From Gekko japonicus (Eukaryota), in the NCBI RefSeq assembly GCF_001447785.1, contig NW_015173705.1, positions 568,706 through 632,705 on the forward strand: a DNA stretch of 64,000 nt. Reading direction: 5' to 3'. Below are positions 35,475 to 47,402 of the stretch, piece after piece. The position numbers and the translations under genes were made by a program. How positions within the stretch are numbered: position 1 is the first letter of the stretch; every line of letters starts with the position of its first letter. The notes under the pieces were generated by a model. That model was not told the DNA's origin, ran no database searches, and saw nothing but the letters and a program-made list of their open reading frames with translations.

Positions 35475-36429
35475 AGATTCAGGTGGGGTAGCCGTGTTGG
35501 TCTGAAGCAGCAGAACAAAGTTCGAGTCCCGTGGCACCTTTAAGACCAACAAAGATTTATTCAAGTTACAAGCTTTTGTGTGCATGCATACTTCTTTAGA
35601 TACATTGAAACGGAAGTTGCCAGCCCATACATATAAACAGAGGGTGAGCAGCAAATTAGCCTACAGCATAATAAAGTTGTTTGACAGATGCAGGGACCAA
35701 GCTGGAATAGCAAGCATAGTTTATATGGTCACCGTTTGTTTGGGTTTAATTCCAGGGGAAAACATAGCAAATGAAATAAATATATCAAAATCAGAGATGT
35801 AACCTTCTTAACTGGAATGCTGAGAGTAATTATTTAATTATAAAAATTTAAAAATAATTAACTGAGCCATGCTATTAGGTGCCATCTGTCTCCTCTGAAG
35901 CATGGAGGCAACCTTACAGCATCTTCTTCTTTGTGTTGAGGCAATTGGCTGTGTAGTGTGTCTCCTCTGCCCCCAGACCAGAGAACTACATTCCAACCTA
36001 CCATTCCAAATTGCATTACATTACATTCTACTATTCATTACATTACAATCTATCATTCTAATATACTATTCCAAATAAGAAATAAAGAGGATATATAGCC
36101 CTTCTGGGGGATTGGTAGGAATATTCACAATTAAGGATACATCTGCCCATCAGTCTCTGATTTTGATGCATTTATTTCCTTCACTATGTTTTCTCCTGGA
36201 ATTAAACCCAAACAAATGGTGACCATATAAACTAAGCTTGCTATTCCAGTTTGGTCCTTGCATCTGTCAAACAGCTTTATTATACTGTATGCTAATTTGC
36301 TGCTCACCCTCTACCTATATGTATGGGCTGGCAACTTCCATTTCAATATATCAGAAGAAGTGTGCATGCACACAAAAGCTCATATCTTGAATAAATCTTT
36401 GTTGGTCTTAAAGGTGCCACTGGACTCAA
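35475..36429. mobile_element. Penelope-like element termini in inverted arrangement
   Basis: 35522-35797 is the reverse complement of 36154-36429; gtagccgtgttggtctg / ggcacctttaagaccaac ends; hammerhead-like core in each arm. Confidence 0.8.
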
Positions 36430-36886
36430 TCTGGAAGAGTAACCTTTCTAAAGAATGCTGTTAATCCTTTGCTGTCTATGCCAACATGAGAAAGGGTCTT
36501 GTTAGAGCAGTCATTTTTCGTCATAATGTTTGTCTCCCTGGTCTCCAAATCTTGTCAACTCTCGCCAAATTAAGATAGCCCAGTAAACAATATATTTTAA
36601 GAAACCTATTGTTGTGGGGGACCAATGCATTTAAATATTTCTGTATAGTAAACATAGAAAATTTTTGAAGAGGCTAACAGACCCTTCACAGAAGACAGGA
36701 CCTTCTGAGACACTTAAAATTAATGTTGAAATACAGCCAGTTTAATTAACAAATCTGATGTTAGAAGATCATTAGAACTGGTATGTGAATGCTTAATTCA
36801 CACAATAAATATTACATCTAGTCAGGTTTGTAATTTAATCAAGTGTTGCTTAACTTTCAGGGCTCTGATGTATCACATATGGCTAA

Positions 36887-37125
36887 GAGCCAGTTTGGTG
36901 TAGTGGTTAAGAGCGGCGCACTCTAACCTGGAGAACCGGGTTTGTTTCCTCACTCCTCCACATGAAGCCAGCTGGGTGACCTTGGGTCAGTCACAGCTCT
37001 CTCAGAGCTCTCTCAGCCCCACTTACCTCACAGAGTGTCTGTTGTGGGAGAGGAAGGTGATTGTAAGCCGCTCTGAGGCTCCTTAGGGTAGTGAAGGGCG
37101 AGGTATAAAACCTCCTCCTCCTCCT
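36887..37125 (+). mobile_element. tRNA-derived SINE (Squam3-like), near full length
   Basis: A-box TGGTGTAGTGG and a B-box-like GGTTTGTTTCC; CORE-like gctgggtgaccttggg; (CCT)n tail. Confidence 0.85.
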
Positions 37126-37199
37126 TTTATATAGGTTTGGAGGCAGGCTAATAAATGTGTGCATATTAATAATGTGTGCTTATTTGCACAGCTCAGTTA

Positions 37200-40100
37200 G
37201 AAGGCTTTTTCGTAATTCTTCTGCATTGGGAGGTTTTGGCTACAGGTGCCATGAAAACAAAAACATACTGCAGTTACCAATAAAAAATTTAATCTCTCTA
37301 TAGAAACAGTGCACTGTCTTACAAATGTATTCATTTGGTTTCCAGTATTACTACTGATGTAAGTACAGCAAATGTTATAAAGAGCAGAGCCCCTCCCCCA
37401 TCCCAAGACCTTTTGTTCAGGCTTAAAACAGAAACACAAAAGGCACCAAGCAAGAACGCATCCAAACAGAACTTCAATATGACAAGACAGAGGTTGGAAA
37501 TGGTTACAGTGTTGAACAACGTCTTAATGTTCCCAATTACATACTAAAAATAGTCCTGTTTTTTTCCAAAAGCAAAATTTGGTTATTGACTTGATTTAGT
37601 TACAAATCTGTTCAATTGGAAAGCAGGAAAACTTCACATCATAGTAATTTACAATATTTTGGGGGGGTGAAAACCCCCAAATTCAGCTTCTTTATACACA
37701 GGGTTTGTATACAATTTATTATATATTTTTTAAAAAAGTATCAAAACTGTCGAGCCTTCAAACCTATTTACAGATTGAGGTTAGTTACAGGGGGTATTAC
37801 ATACAAAGATTTGTTCTCCTTTTTTCTACACACACACAGTGCATGACCTTGTAGTAACGAGCTGAGCCACTTAAAAAATTGTGATTGCAACTGCATGTCT
37901 TTCTTTCTTCCTCCAGCAAAAGTATTTATTCACTCATAGGCCAATGTTCTCAAAATCTGAATGAAATAGGAAATCTTTATTTTTCAGTGCCTATTATAAG
38001 AAACAGGTGGGGGCAGAATCCTTTCCAATTACAGTACATACTTTTAATATGTTCAGTAGGAGATACAGAGCCAATTCAAATATACAAATATGCCACTGGC
38101 TGGTAGCATCAAGTGATAAACTGTGTGAATGAACCACCAGAGATTAATGACCCCAAACAGAACTTTCATCTCAAATAGAGTACTTTTCAATGGAGGCAGT
38201 TCACATACACATTTGGATGAGAGCTGGGCTATTTTTGGGCAGGAACGCACAGGAACGGAGTTCCGGCTGGCTCCTGAGTTGGCCATGCCCAGCAGGAACT
38301 CATTAGCAAAATAGGCCACACCCAACAGCAGAAACTCATTAGGATTGGCTACATTATGGGGTGTGTGGCCTAACATGCAAAGGAGTTCCTGTTACAAAAA
38401 AAGCCCTGGGTTTTGACAACAAAGAAGGTAAAAAGAATAAGTAGCAAAAGGTGGGTGTGGCTGGATGACCACACTTCTGGTAACACAGGAGTGTGGCCTC
38501 ATATGCTAATGACCTGTGCTGTCAGGGGTGTGGCCTAATATGCTAATGAGTTTCTGCTGTTGGGTGTGGCCAATTATGCTAATGAGTTCCTGCTAGGCTT
38601 TTTCTACAAAAAAAGCCCTGGATGAGAGCAAGTGCTGGAAACCAAGTGATATATATGCATGACTGCTTGGCTGTTATAAGGCACCATTGCAGGGACTTGG
38701 GCATTTTCATTTACAAGCAACAGCAGGCTTTCCCAATTTTCCTAGCGCCCTTCCCTCTATTGCTTGACAAGTCAATTTTTGAAATCTGGGAGAGGGGAGG
38801 AAAGAGGGTTGCGACATAAAATGAGGACTATTGTTACTAAAAACCAAGAAGATATTCTGCTGTCTATGTAAGCTCTTATGTATGCCTAAAACAGCTCTTG
38901 GGTCCTTATCCCAAACTAGGAAATAGCCACCTTTGATTTTTTATTTATTTAGAACTTTTATATGCCACCTTAACATAATCCATTGAAAACACTTGACCAA
39001 ATTAAAACTGACTCAACCAGCAATAAAAAACCATCTCAGTTGAGCAGCTATAAAGCCAACAGCACATCAGCAGAGAACAATATAAAAGCAGGCCAAGACT
39101 ATCATGAAAACAAGATAGAATGCCTTAAGCCCATACAAATAAATTAAAATAACCACTTAAAAGGTGATTAATTTAGAGTAGAATGCAAGAAAGAATGCAA
39201 ACCTTCAAGCATTTCAGTTTTTTTCTTGATGTTTTCTCCCACAGAGGCTGGGAAATAAAAATCACTATAGTCCTAGGGATCACTTGATGCCTTGAACTGC
39301 TTCCAGTGTAAGGTGCTTTATTTGTGATGGCACGGAATAATACCAAAGCCGCTTCTATTGGGCTTGATCTGTAATGACGGATTCACACATGCACATCAAC
39401 CCACTTTTATCACTTGATGTTTGCTGAATTGCTTATTCCCTAGAGCAATGACGACAAGACCTCTTCCTCTAGTTCACACATTAAACTGTGTGTAAATTTT
39501 TCAAAAACCAGTTCTATACAGAATGCTGCTTTCTAATTTGTCAACAGAAACTTTGACTCCAGTGTAAAAGCAGTTTTTATTTACAACCACTGATAGCCTT
39601 AAAGTCCATGATCTAGCTTGAAAAGATTTATTGAATACAAATAAACCAAGGTTCAGCTGCAGATTTATTTTGATTCTTGTGCTCATGGATTCATTGTACA
39701 AAATAACTGGAAACTCAGTGGATGCCAGAACTGCATCGTTCCAAAGTTTTCTTGTACTGAAATGCAGTGAGCATTTGCAGTTTGTTTGAACCATGAACCA
39801 TGTTTAAGTATTTTCCCCATGTCATTTTTCCTGTTAAAATCCCTCCCACAAGTTACTGTTTGTCTTGAAGTGGGGAAGATGCCAGTGCTCTGAGCAAACT
39901 AGCAGTCCTCTGCCCATGAACATTAAAAACACACACTCACACACTATAACAGCCAATCAGAGATCTCTTGTGCAACATGTCATTTAGCCCTTAGCGCCCT
40001 AGTGCAACAATGTACCCAGATCTGGATTGTGTCCGGGGTAGGTGTTATGCAAGAGATCTGTGATTGGCTGTCCCAGTGTTTTCTTTTTGAATGAAAAATA

Positions 40101-41606
40101 AACCAATCACCAGGCCTATTATCTGATTTCAAAGAGAAGACAATACAAGGGTCGCTTGCATTCTGGTGCCCAGTTTTTTGGGTATAGCCAGATTAGCCGT
40201 GTTAATCATCAGCAAAATCCAAATTTAGTGTGGCTCCACTGGCTGGTGGTGACTTCAACTTAAACACTCCATTAATTTGAATTAGCCAAAGAATACAGGC
40301 AGAATAGAGGCTGTCACTGAAGTAAAAATGTATTAAAGATTAGTTGTGACCTTTATCTCGTGTGACTACAGAGAAGAAAACTTTTTCTTTTTATATATAT
40401 GGAGCAAGACTGCTGCCAATTACATTTTTTGTTCAAATGATTAAAGCTAGAATCACTGATGGTGATCCTTAGTTATCACTTGAAAAGCTCTGGGGGAAAC
40501 TGGGTTGCAGTTTGTAAACACTTCTTTTGGTGCCTTGATCTCTTCAAAGCATAAAGGAACAAACTGATTCACAAATCCTTTACGCTATCCAAACGCCAGT
40601 AAGACTAGAAATCTTTTCTACTCTTAAGCATGTATACACAGGAGAAAGTCCCACTGAGTTCTATGGGTCTCTTCTTGAGAAGTGTTTAGGATTGCAAAAC
40701 AAGCTTGCTAATTTATGTCTGAACATTCTGAAGTAATAGTTTGGGACCGTGGAGATGTGTCACGGATCCAGAACTCTGCCTATGTATCTCTTGCACACAA
40801 CTGCTATTTCCATTGAAGTGAATGGGGAATTCTGCACACTAGTTTAATCTGTACATGAGATTTACTGGATTCTTCTTCTGGGACAAAATTTGGTTTGTGT
40901 GTTATGTGAGCACTTTGTTTCTTAGATAGTCATTGACTATCCTACTGTAACAGCTGTAATTCTTAGCGGCTTTAGACTTCAAAGCAAAATTTCCACAAAA
41001 CATCCCTTAAGAATTCAATTACTCTACTTCCCATAAATCTGGGCTAGTCTTTGTAAAATATATCCATATATTGATAGATATATACACAGATAATCTATGC
41101 ACAGCAAGGCAAACATACAAAAAATAAATACTCTCACCCTCTAAGTATATATACAGAAGAAATCTTATATCCAGAATTTGTTAATAAATATCCTAAACAA
41201 ATTTATAGACCTCTTTTTCTCATGTTGATGGATAGCCACAAAGTATGTTTGATATATTTACAAAACCTCTATAAATATAACTTTTAAAAATGACGTGCAA
41301 GCTACTGACCCTTGGGTCCAGCTGGTTATATACAGTTAGTAGCTCAGCAGCAAAATAGCCTCCTCACAAGTACAGATGGATAGTGCAAGAAGTTAAAAGG
41401 TGTATAAAAGATTATACATACAAAACTCTCACATCCTTTGGATGTTTGCAGTTTATTACAACTTTGTGGTTACCCCTTGCAACATAAATTAAGGGGGGGG
41501 GGAGAAGGAAATGAAAGAAAGATGGGTTTGTGATCCACAGCAAGTGTGTTCAGTGCATATTTGTGAGTCCCCCAGCAGTGTAGGAGGTGGTGTAGGTATA
41601 CAGTCC
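37200..41606 (-). other. LRP8: Probable long LRP8 3'UTR (distal end uncertain)
   Basis: AT-rich, largely repeat-poor sequence after the stop codon, with several AATAAA on the minus strand (e.g. 41452, 37715). The 3' end is not determinable from sequence. Confidence 0.5.
38224..38620. mobile_element. hAT-type MITE with an extra internal terminus (nested or duplicated)
   Basis: Ends CTGGGCTATTTTTG / CAAAAAAAGCCCTG; perfect TSD gatgagag; a second aaaaaagccctg end at ~38408. Confidence 0.85.
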
Positions 41607-41645
41607 TCATGGCAGCCCATCGTCTTCAAGACTTAATGCTACACG
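41607..41645 (-). CDS. LRP8: LRP8 last coding exon
   Basis: tctcaacag| RVALSLEDDGLP* (canonical ApoER2 C-terminus). Confidence 0.96.
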   Translation of the reverse strand, partial: RVALSLEDDGLP

Positions 41646-42540
41646 CTGTTGAGAAAGAAAGAGAGAAAAGCATCAGTACCCCAAGCGCCATTGTGTTCCA
41701 AGAGTTACAGGAAGTGAATCTTGGAAATGGGATTCCTATATGCATGGAATCAATTCTCTGTTTATTGGACACTGGCCTAATAATGGTCAGCTTCACAAGA
41801 AAATGATGATAGAGCCAGCACTTGTTTGCACTGGCTGTCCTGAGTTCCATGTTGAAGTCACACTGGAGTGTTGTAGAATGCTGAATATTGTCCCAAAAGT
41901 GAACCATTCAGTGAGTCTGTCTCCTTCACTATCATATATTTCAGTGAAGAGGAACTGCTAGCCTGGACAAATTCCATGTTGCATTTTGACATTTTGCTGC
42001 ATTCATGACTGCATCCGGACATCAAAGGCTATAATTAAGCACTGGCCATGAACATAGTTTGTTTTCTGCGTTTGCATGCTTCTCACATTCCTCCTATATC
42101 TTCTCATGTGCAGACTGGGATCGAAAGCTTTCCAGACTCATCAAGCTTCCTTTTTCTGTGATGGTCACATGCAGGTGCCTTGGCAAAAGTGGCGTTTGGT
42201 TAGTCCCCAGAAGCTTGTATTCTATCCTAGGATTTAACCGAGTATAGAATCCTGGTTTGTGGGGAATAATGTTCAGTTTGCTGAGGTGCCTGGATTTGGG
42301 CATACTGGCAAACTGGATCCAGATCAAACTGTGAAATGTTTTATCAAGTTGTATGCATGAAAGTAGGAGGGAGGTGGGAGGAGTAAAGGCAACATGTAAG
42401 AGCGGCAACACGCAGTGTGTTTGTGCCCAACTGCAGTTCCGTTACACTGAGCACAGGGTTGGGCTACATGGCACCTTAAAACTTTAGAACTCTATGACTA
42501 ATTCTGGAAAATTTGTCAGAAAGATCAATCAGAAGCTTAC

Positions 42541-42713
42541 TGCTGGGTATACATGTCCAATCTGCGCTGTTCTCCCAATATGGATTTCATCTTCATCTTC
42601 CTCTTCCGTAGTTTTCCTGTACACAGGGTTATCAAAGTTCATGCTTTTTGTGTTTTTCCGTTTCCAGTTTCTCCAGATGAGGTATCCTCCCATGCACAAC
42701 AAACCAATCACCA
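42541..42713 (-). CDS. LRP8: LRP8 TM end and cytoplasmic NPxY exon
   Basis: VIGLLCMGGYLIWRNWKRKNTKSMNFDNPVYRKTTEEEDEDEIHIGRTAQIGHVYPA; 173 bp. Confidence 0.98.
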
Positions 42714-42888
42714 CTAGAACAAAGAAACGGGAGAAATAAACATTTCTAGTTGCTTTGGGGATGAGTGGGGATGGCTGTAGTTCTCAAGCTGGCTCTCCAG
42801 ACAGGTCTCTGGATCCTCTTATACCATGTCAGACTTCCAGAGCTGACCTCAAAAATTCACCTTCTAAATCAAGTAGAAACATGCTTAC

Positions 42889-42957
42889 CAACAGGAACAA
42901 CAATTCCAATAATGGCGGCCATAACTGTTGATCCAAAACCTTGTCCATCATTAGCAT
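42889..42957 (-). CDS. LRP8: LRP8 exon, start of transmembrane helix
   Basis: (Y)ANDGQGFGSTVMAAIIGIVVPV; 69 bp, ttgcag/gtaagc. Confidence 0.93.
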
Positions 42958-43539
42958 CTGCAACAAAGAAAAACAACTCAGATTCAGTAAAAGAGCAACA
43001 CACAAACTGTGTCAGGAGAAGCCCTGGAGTCTACAGAATTCAGTTGCTTTTGGCACAAAGAAAGTCATGGCAAGAAGCACTCATTTGTTTTCACACATGA
43101 CAGTATATACAGGAGCACACCTGAGGCATCCTTACAGAATGTCAGGAGAAAGGCAAATGGCAGCCCCTGCTCAGACATGAGAAACACAGGCCTCTAGTCA
43201 TACACATGCAATAAATCTCCAATGCCTCCGTCTTCAAAACTACCACTGTACACAAGAAAGACCTTAAAAACATTAGATTTGTTTTTATACCCTGCTTTTC
43301 TCTACCCTAAGGAGTCTCAAAGTGGCTTACAATCACCTTCCCTTCCTTTCCCCGCAACAGCCACCTTGTGAGGTAGGTGAACCCTGATGGCATGGAAATT
43401 TATTAATATTTGATGTCCTAAATAAGGGTGCCTGCTGGCTTGAGTCCTTGAAACAAATCTGTTCTGGTAGAACAAATATGGAGCATAAATTGCAGTATTT
43501 GGGCTCAAGGCTACACCAAGCAGGAAACTCAGTCTTGCA

Positions 43540-44785
43540 TTTAAAAAATCATGCAACTCATACATTCTGTGGAATTGAAGACTGAAGGTGCTGTGGCCAT
43601 ACGCAGTCTGGTTTCAGGCTGGGTTCTGGGACTGAAAAAGCTTTGGTCACCATGATGTATGTCGGGAGATGGACAGAGTAAGCATGACTCTGTTGATTCT
43701 CCTGGACCTCTTGGAGGCTTTTGATACCATAGAACAGCCAGAGATCTAGGTTGGTTAACACTAGTATGCAAATGACACTCAGCTCTATTGTGTGCTTCCA
43801 GCCAATCCCAGGGAGGCTGTAGAAACCTTGAACTGGAGAATGGCAGTCGTTTTGGAGTGGATGTGGGCTGATAAACTGAAGCTTAATGCTGACAAGAAGG
43901 AAGTGCTGCTGTTCAGTGGAGAGTCTGATCCAGGCCTTTAGGTGCCACCTAAAGTTGCACTCCCCTTGAAGGGAAAGGTCCATAGTCCAGGGGTGCTCTT
44001 GGATCCAGGCCTACTGCTGGATAAGCATGTGGCAGGTGTGGCCAGAAATGCTTTTTGCCAGTTCTGACTGGTTAGCCAGCTGTGGTCTTTCTTGGCAGAA
44101 AAGATCTGGCCACTGTGGTGCATGCCCTGGTGACATCTAGATTAACTTACTGTAATGCACTCTACATGGGGCTGCCCTTGAGAAATGTTTGGAAACTTCA
44201 GTAGGTGCAGAATGTTGCGGCCAGGATGTTGAGTGGAGTGAGTCGTCGGGGCCATATTACTCCAGTCTTGGCTCATCTACATTGGCTTTGAGTCTGTTTC
44301 CAGACACAATTCAAAGTGTTGGTGTTGACCTATAAAGCCCTATATGGCTTGGGACAAACATACCTGAAGGACTGCTTACCCTTTACAATTCTACCCAACG
44401 TTATGCTCATCTTCCAAGGCCCTACATTCGGACACCCTTTTGATATTAGGTAGGCAGCCACCTGGCAAAGGGCCATTTCAGTTATGACGCTAACACTCTG
44501 GAACGCTCTCCCTGGAAAGACTTGCCTGTACCCTTTGGTTGCCATTTCCCATCAATGGGTGAAGACTTCTTAATTTCATTAGTGATTCCTCTTTCCTGCC
44601 CTATGTTTCAATTGCTGTTTTCAAGCTGTTGTGTTTTTGGCTTTGGTTTTAATTGTTTTAATTATGTGTTTTTATTTGCTTTTAATGGTTTTTAATGTAT
44701 GTTATGTATGTTTTTAATTTGTTAGCTGCCTTGGTTGCACTGATGAGGGCAGTAAGATGGGCTATACATTTTGTAAATAAACTAT
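43540..44785 (+). mobile_element. L2-clade LINE 3' portion, decayed
   Basis: LDLLEAFDTI, HALVTSRLTYCNALYMGLPL, LAHLHWL, FKVLVLTYKALYGLG motifs followed by an AT-rich tail. Confidence 0.85.
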
Positions 44786-45087
44786 AAACAAATCACTTTC
44801 TACTATTGCACAAACAGTGACAGTGGTACTCCCTATGGTTCTGATCAAGCTGACAGATGCAGAGTGAGATCTGATGTGGTGTATTGGTTAGAATGTTGGA
44901 GTAAGACATCTGTAGGTTTGAAGCCCCAACTCTGCCATGCGTATGGTTGCCAACTTCCAGATGGTAGCTGGAGATCTCCTGGGATTACACCTAATCTCCA
45001 GGTGATAGAGATCAGTTCACCTGGAGAAAATGGCTGTTTTATAGGGGTGGACTCTGTGGCATTATACCCCATCAAAACCCCTATCCA

Positions 45088-45332
45088 CAGCATCCCTAGC
45101 CATGGGTAACCTTGAACCACTTGGTCTAATCTACTTGAACACACTTGGTCTAATCTAACCTTGAACACACTTGGTCTAATCTACTTCACTGGGGTTTTTT
45201 TTTTAGGAAAAAAATGGAGGAGAGATGCCCTACCCAGAGCATCCCTAGCCACGGGTAACCTTGAACCACTCATACACACTTTGTCTAATCTACTTCACTG
45301 GGTTTTTTTAGGAAAAAAATGGAGGAGAGATG
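45088..45332. repeat. Local tandem duplication (~150 bp)
   Basis: agcatccctagcca.gggtaaccttgaaccac...tctaatctacttcactgg...aggaaaaaaatggaggagagatg occurs twice. Confidence 0.8.
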
Positions 45333-45359
45333 TACAATGTCTTTTCTGTGGGGCTGATC

Positions 45360-46478
45360 TCAGAACACATGGTTGGGGAAATTCCAGCTCTGACCCATGG
45401 CCATTGGCCTGTGGGGTTCCACAGGGTTCCATCTTATTCTTCATGCTGTTTAATATCTATATGAAGCTACTGGGACAGGTCATCAGGAGGTATGGTCTGC
45501 AATGTCACCAATATGCAGATGATACCTAGCTCTTCCATCCTTTTCCACCTAATTCCAAGGATGCTGTTGATGTCCTGGAGTCAGTAATGGGCTGGATGAG
45601 GGTGAACAAGCTGACACTTAATCCTCACAAGACAGAGGTTCTTTGGGTTAGTAGAACAGCCGATCAGGGATTGGAGAACTCTCCTGTCTTGGATGGGGTT
45701 ATACTCCCTTGAAAAGCCAGGTTCACAGTTTGGGAGTGCTGCCTGACACAGTGGTTACCTTAGAAAACCAAGGGGCTGCAGTGACTTGAGTGCTTCGCTG
45801 AGCTTTGGCTGGTGTGTCAACTGTGTCCCTTCCTGGGTTAGCCATATCTAGCTACAGTGATTCATGCCTTAGTTACATCTAGACTGGACTACTGCAACAC
45901 ACTCTATTTGAGGCCATCCATGAAGATTATTCAGAAACTGCAGCTAGTGAAGAATGCTGTGGCTAGACTGCTGGTTGGGGCTAACTATCAGGAGCATATG
46001 ATACTACAGCAATTACACTGGCTACCAATCCATGCCAAAACCCAATTCAGAGTGTTGGTTTTGTCCCTTAAAGCCCTACATGGCTTGGGACTGGAATTTG
46101 TGAAGGACTGTCTTCTCCCATACATTCCTGCCTGGGAATTGAGATCACAGGGAGAGGCCCTCCTGACTATCCCACCCATCAAAGAAGCTCATCTGGTGGG
46201 CACATGAAAGAAGAGCCTTTTCTGTGGCAGCCCCAAATTATGGAACAACCTCCCGAAGGAGGTGCACCTGGCTCCCTCACTTATGATATTTAAGAGGCAG
46301 CTGAAGACAGTTTTATTTAGGACTACATTTGACTAATTTAGTTTTTTTTTAATTGGCAGTCCTCATTGGAGATTTTAAACTGTCATCGTTTATGTGTTTT
46401 ATAATTGTTATATTGTAAGCCATCTTGAGTTCTGCAAGCTAGAAAGGTGGTTAATAAATGTTTTAAATAAAATAAAAT
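45360..46478 (+). mobile_element. L2-clade LINE, RT-to-3' portion
   Basis: GVPQGSILFFMLFNIYM...HQYADDT; HALVTSRLDYCN; LQQLHWLP; A-rich tail. Confidence 0.9.
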
Positions 46479-47402
46479 TAATAATGTAAGCTGTCTTGGC
46501 TTACATTTCTCTCCCCATTGGAGAGAATATGGGTTACTAATGAAAGGGAAAGAACACAATTAAATTTTACTTTGTTTCTGAAGGAGGGAGGGAATGTCTG
46601 GCAACCTGTTTTGTAACATGAAGCCTTTATCCCTGCCTGGTCCATAAGTCTTAATGTGGTTGAAGAACTTCCATAGTGAGGTGGGGGAATGGGGTCCCAG
46701 TAGAATATTGGGTGTGTGTGTGTCTCTCCAGTGTTTCAATGGTAGAGGAGCAATCCTTGAGGATCAGATTGATCCTAATTTCTCCATTGCTGGGATGCTA
46801 TTGTTATTCTATTTTCCCCTTGGGTATTTAGTATTTGGGCCAAATGCTACTGGTGGCATTCTGTCTCTAGGCCAAGTTTCCAGAATTCTGTCTGGGGAGT
46901 TTTTGGGTAGTCTCACTCTGATGAGCAATGGAGAAGGGGGGTGATTGGATCTCTTGGGTGTGACAATTGAGTTATCTGAGTGACAAGCTTGTTTAACAAA
47001 AGCTGGAAGGTGGCTAATGGTCCTGGATTCATCGTGATGAGGTCTCCAGGGACGGCTGTATTGTAAGAGATTCCTGGATGGTTCTTTGAGGCACATTATT
47101 TGTCTATAAACCTTGATAGTTAACCCTGAATTTTGATGAGCCCCCGGGAAGCCACAGAATAAAACAATTGACAGGGGAGTGTCTAGGACCCCAGAGGAAC
47201 CTGGCTAACTGCTCGTGAGTTTAGTACTCTGATTTCCTGGAGCATAATCTTAATTATTCAGCTTTAATATATCAAACATGGAGTCTCTTCTGCAATCTCA
47301 GACACCATATGGCCTGGAGGTCACCTCAAAAGATGGCTCCTGACCCAGGGCTGATTTTGTGGTTATAGTACTGGTGTGTGGGAGAATGGAATCTCTCTAG
47401 CC

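Noticed and set aside
42094-42411. 105-aa minus-strand ORF as a reptile version of the proline-rich insert
   Set aside because: No similarity to the insert and no convincing splice boundaries.
46809-47096. Hepadnavirus polymerase-like fragment (…TWPRD…GPNTKYP…)
   Set aside because: Only a few scattered residues resemble the terminal protein; not supportable without a search.
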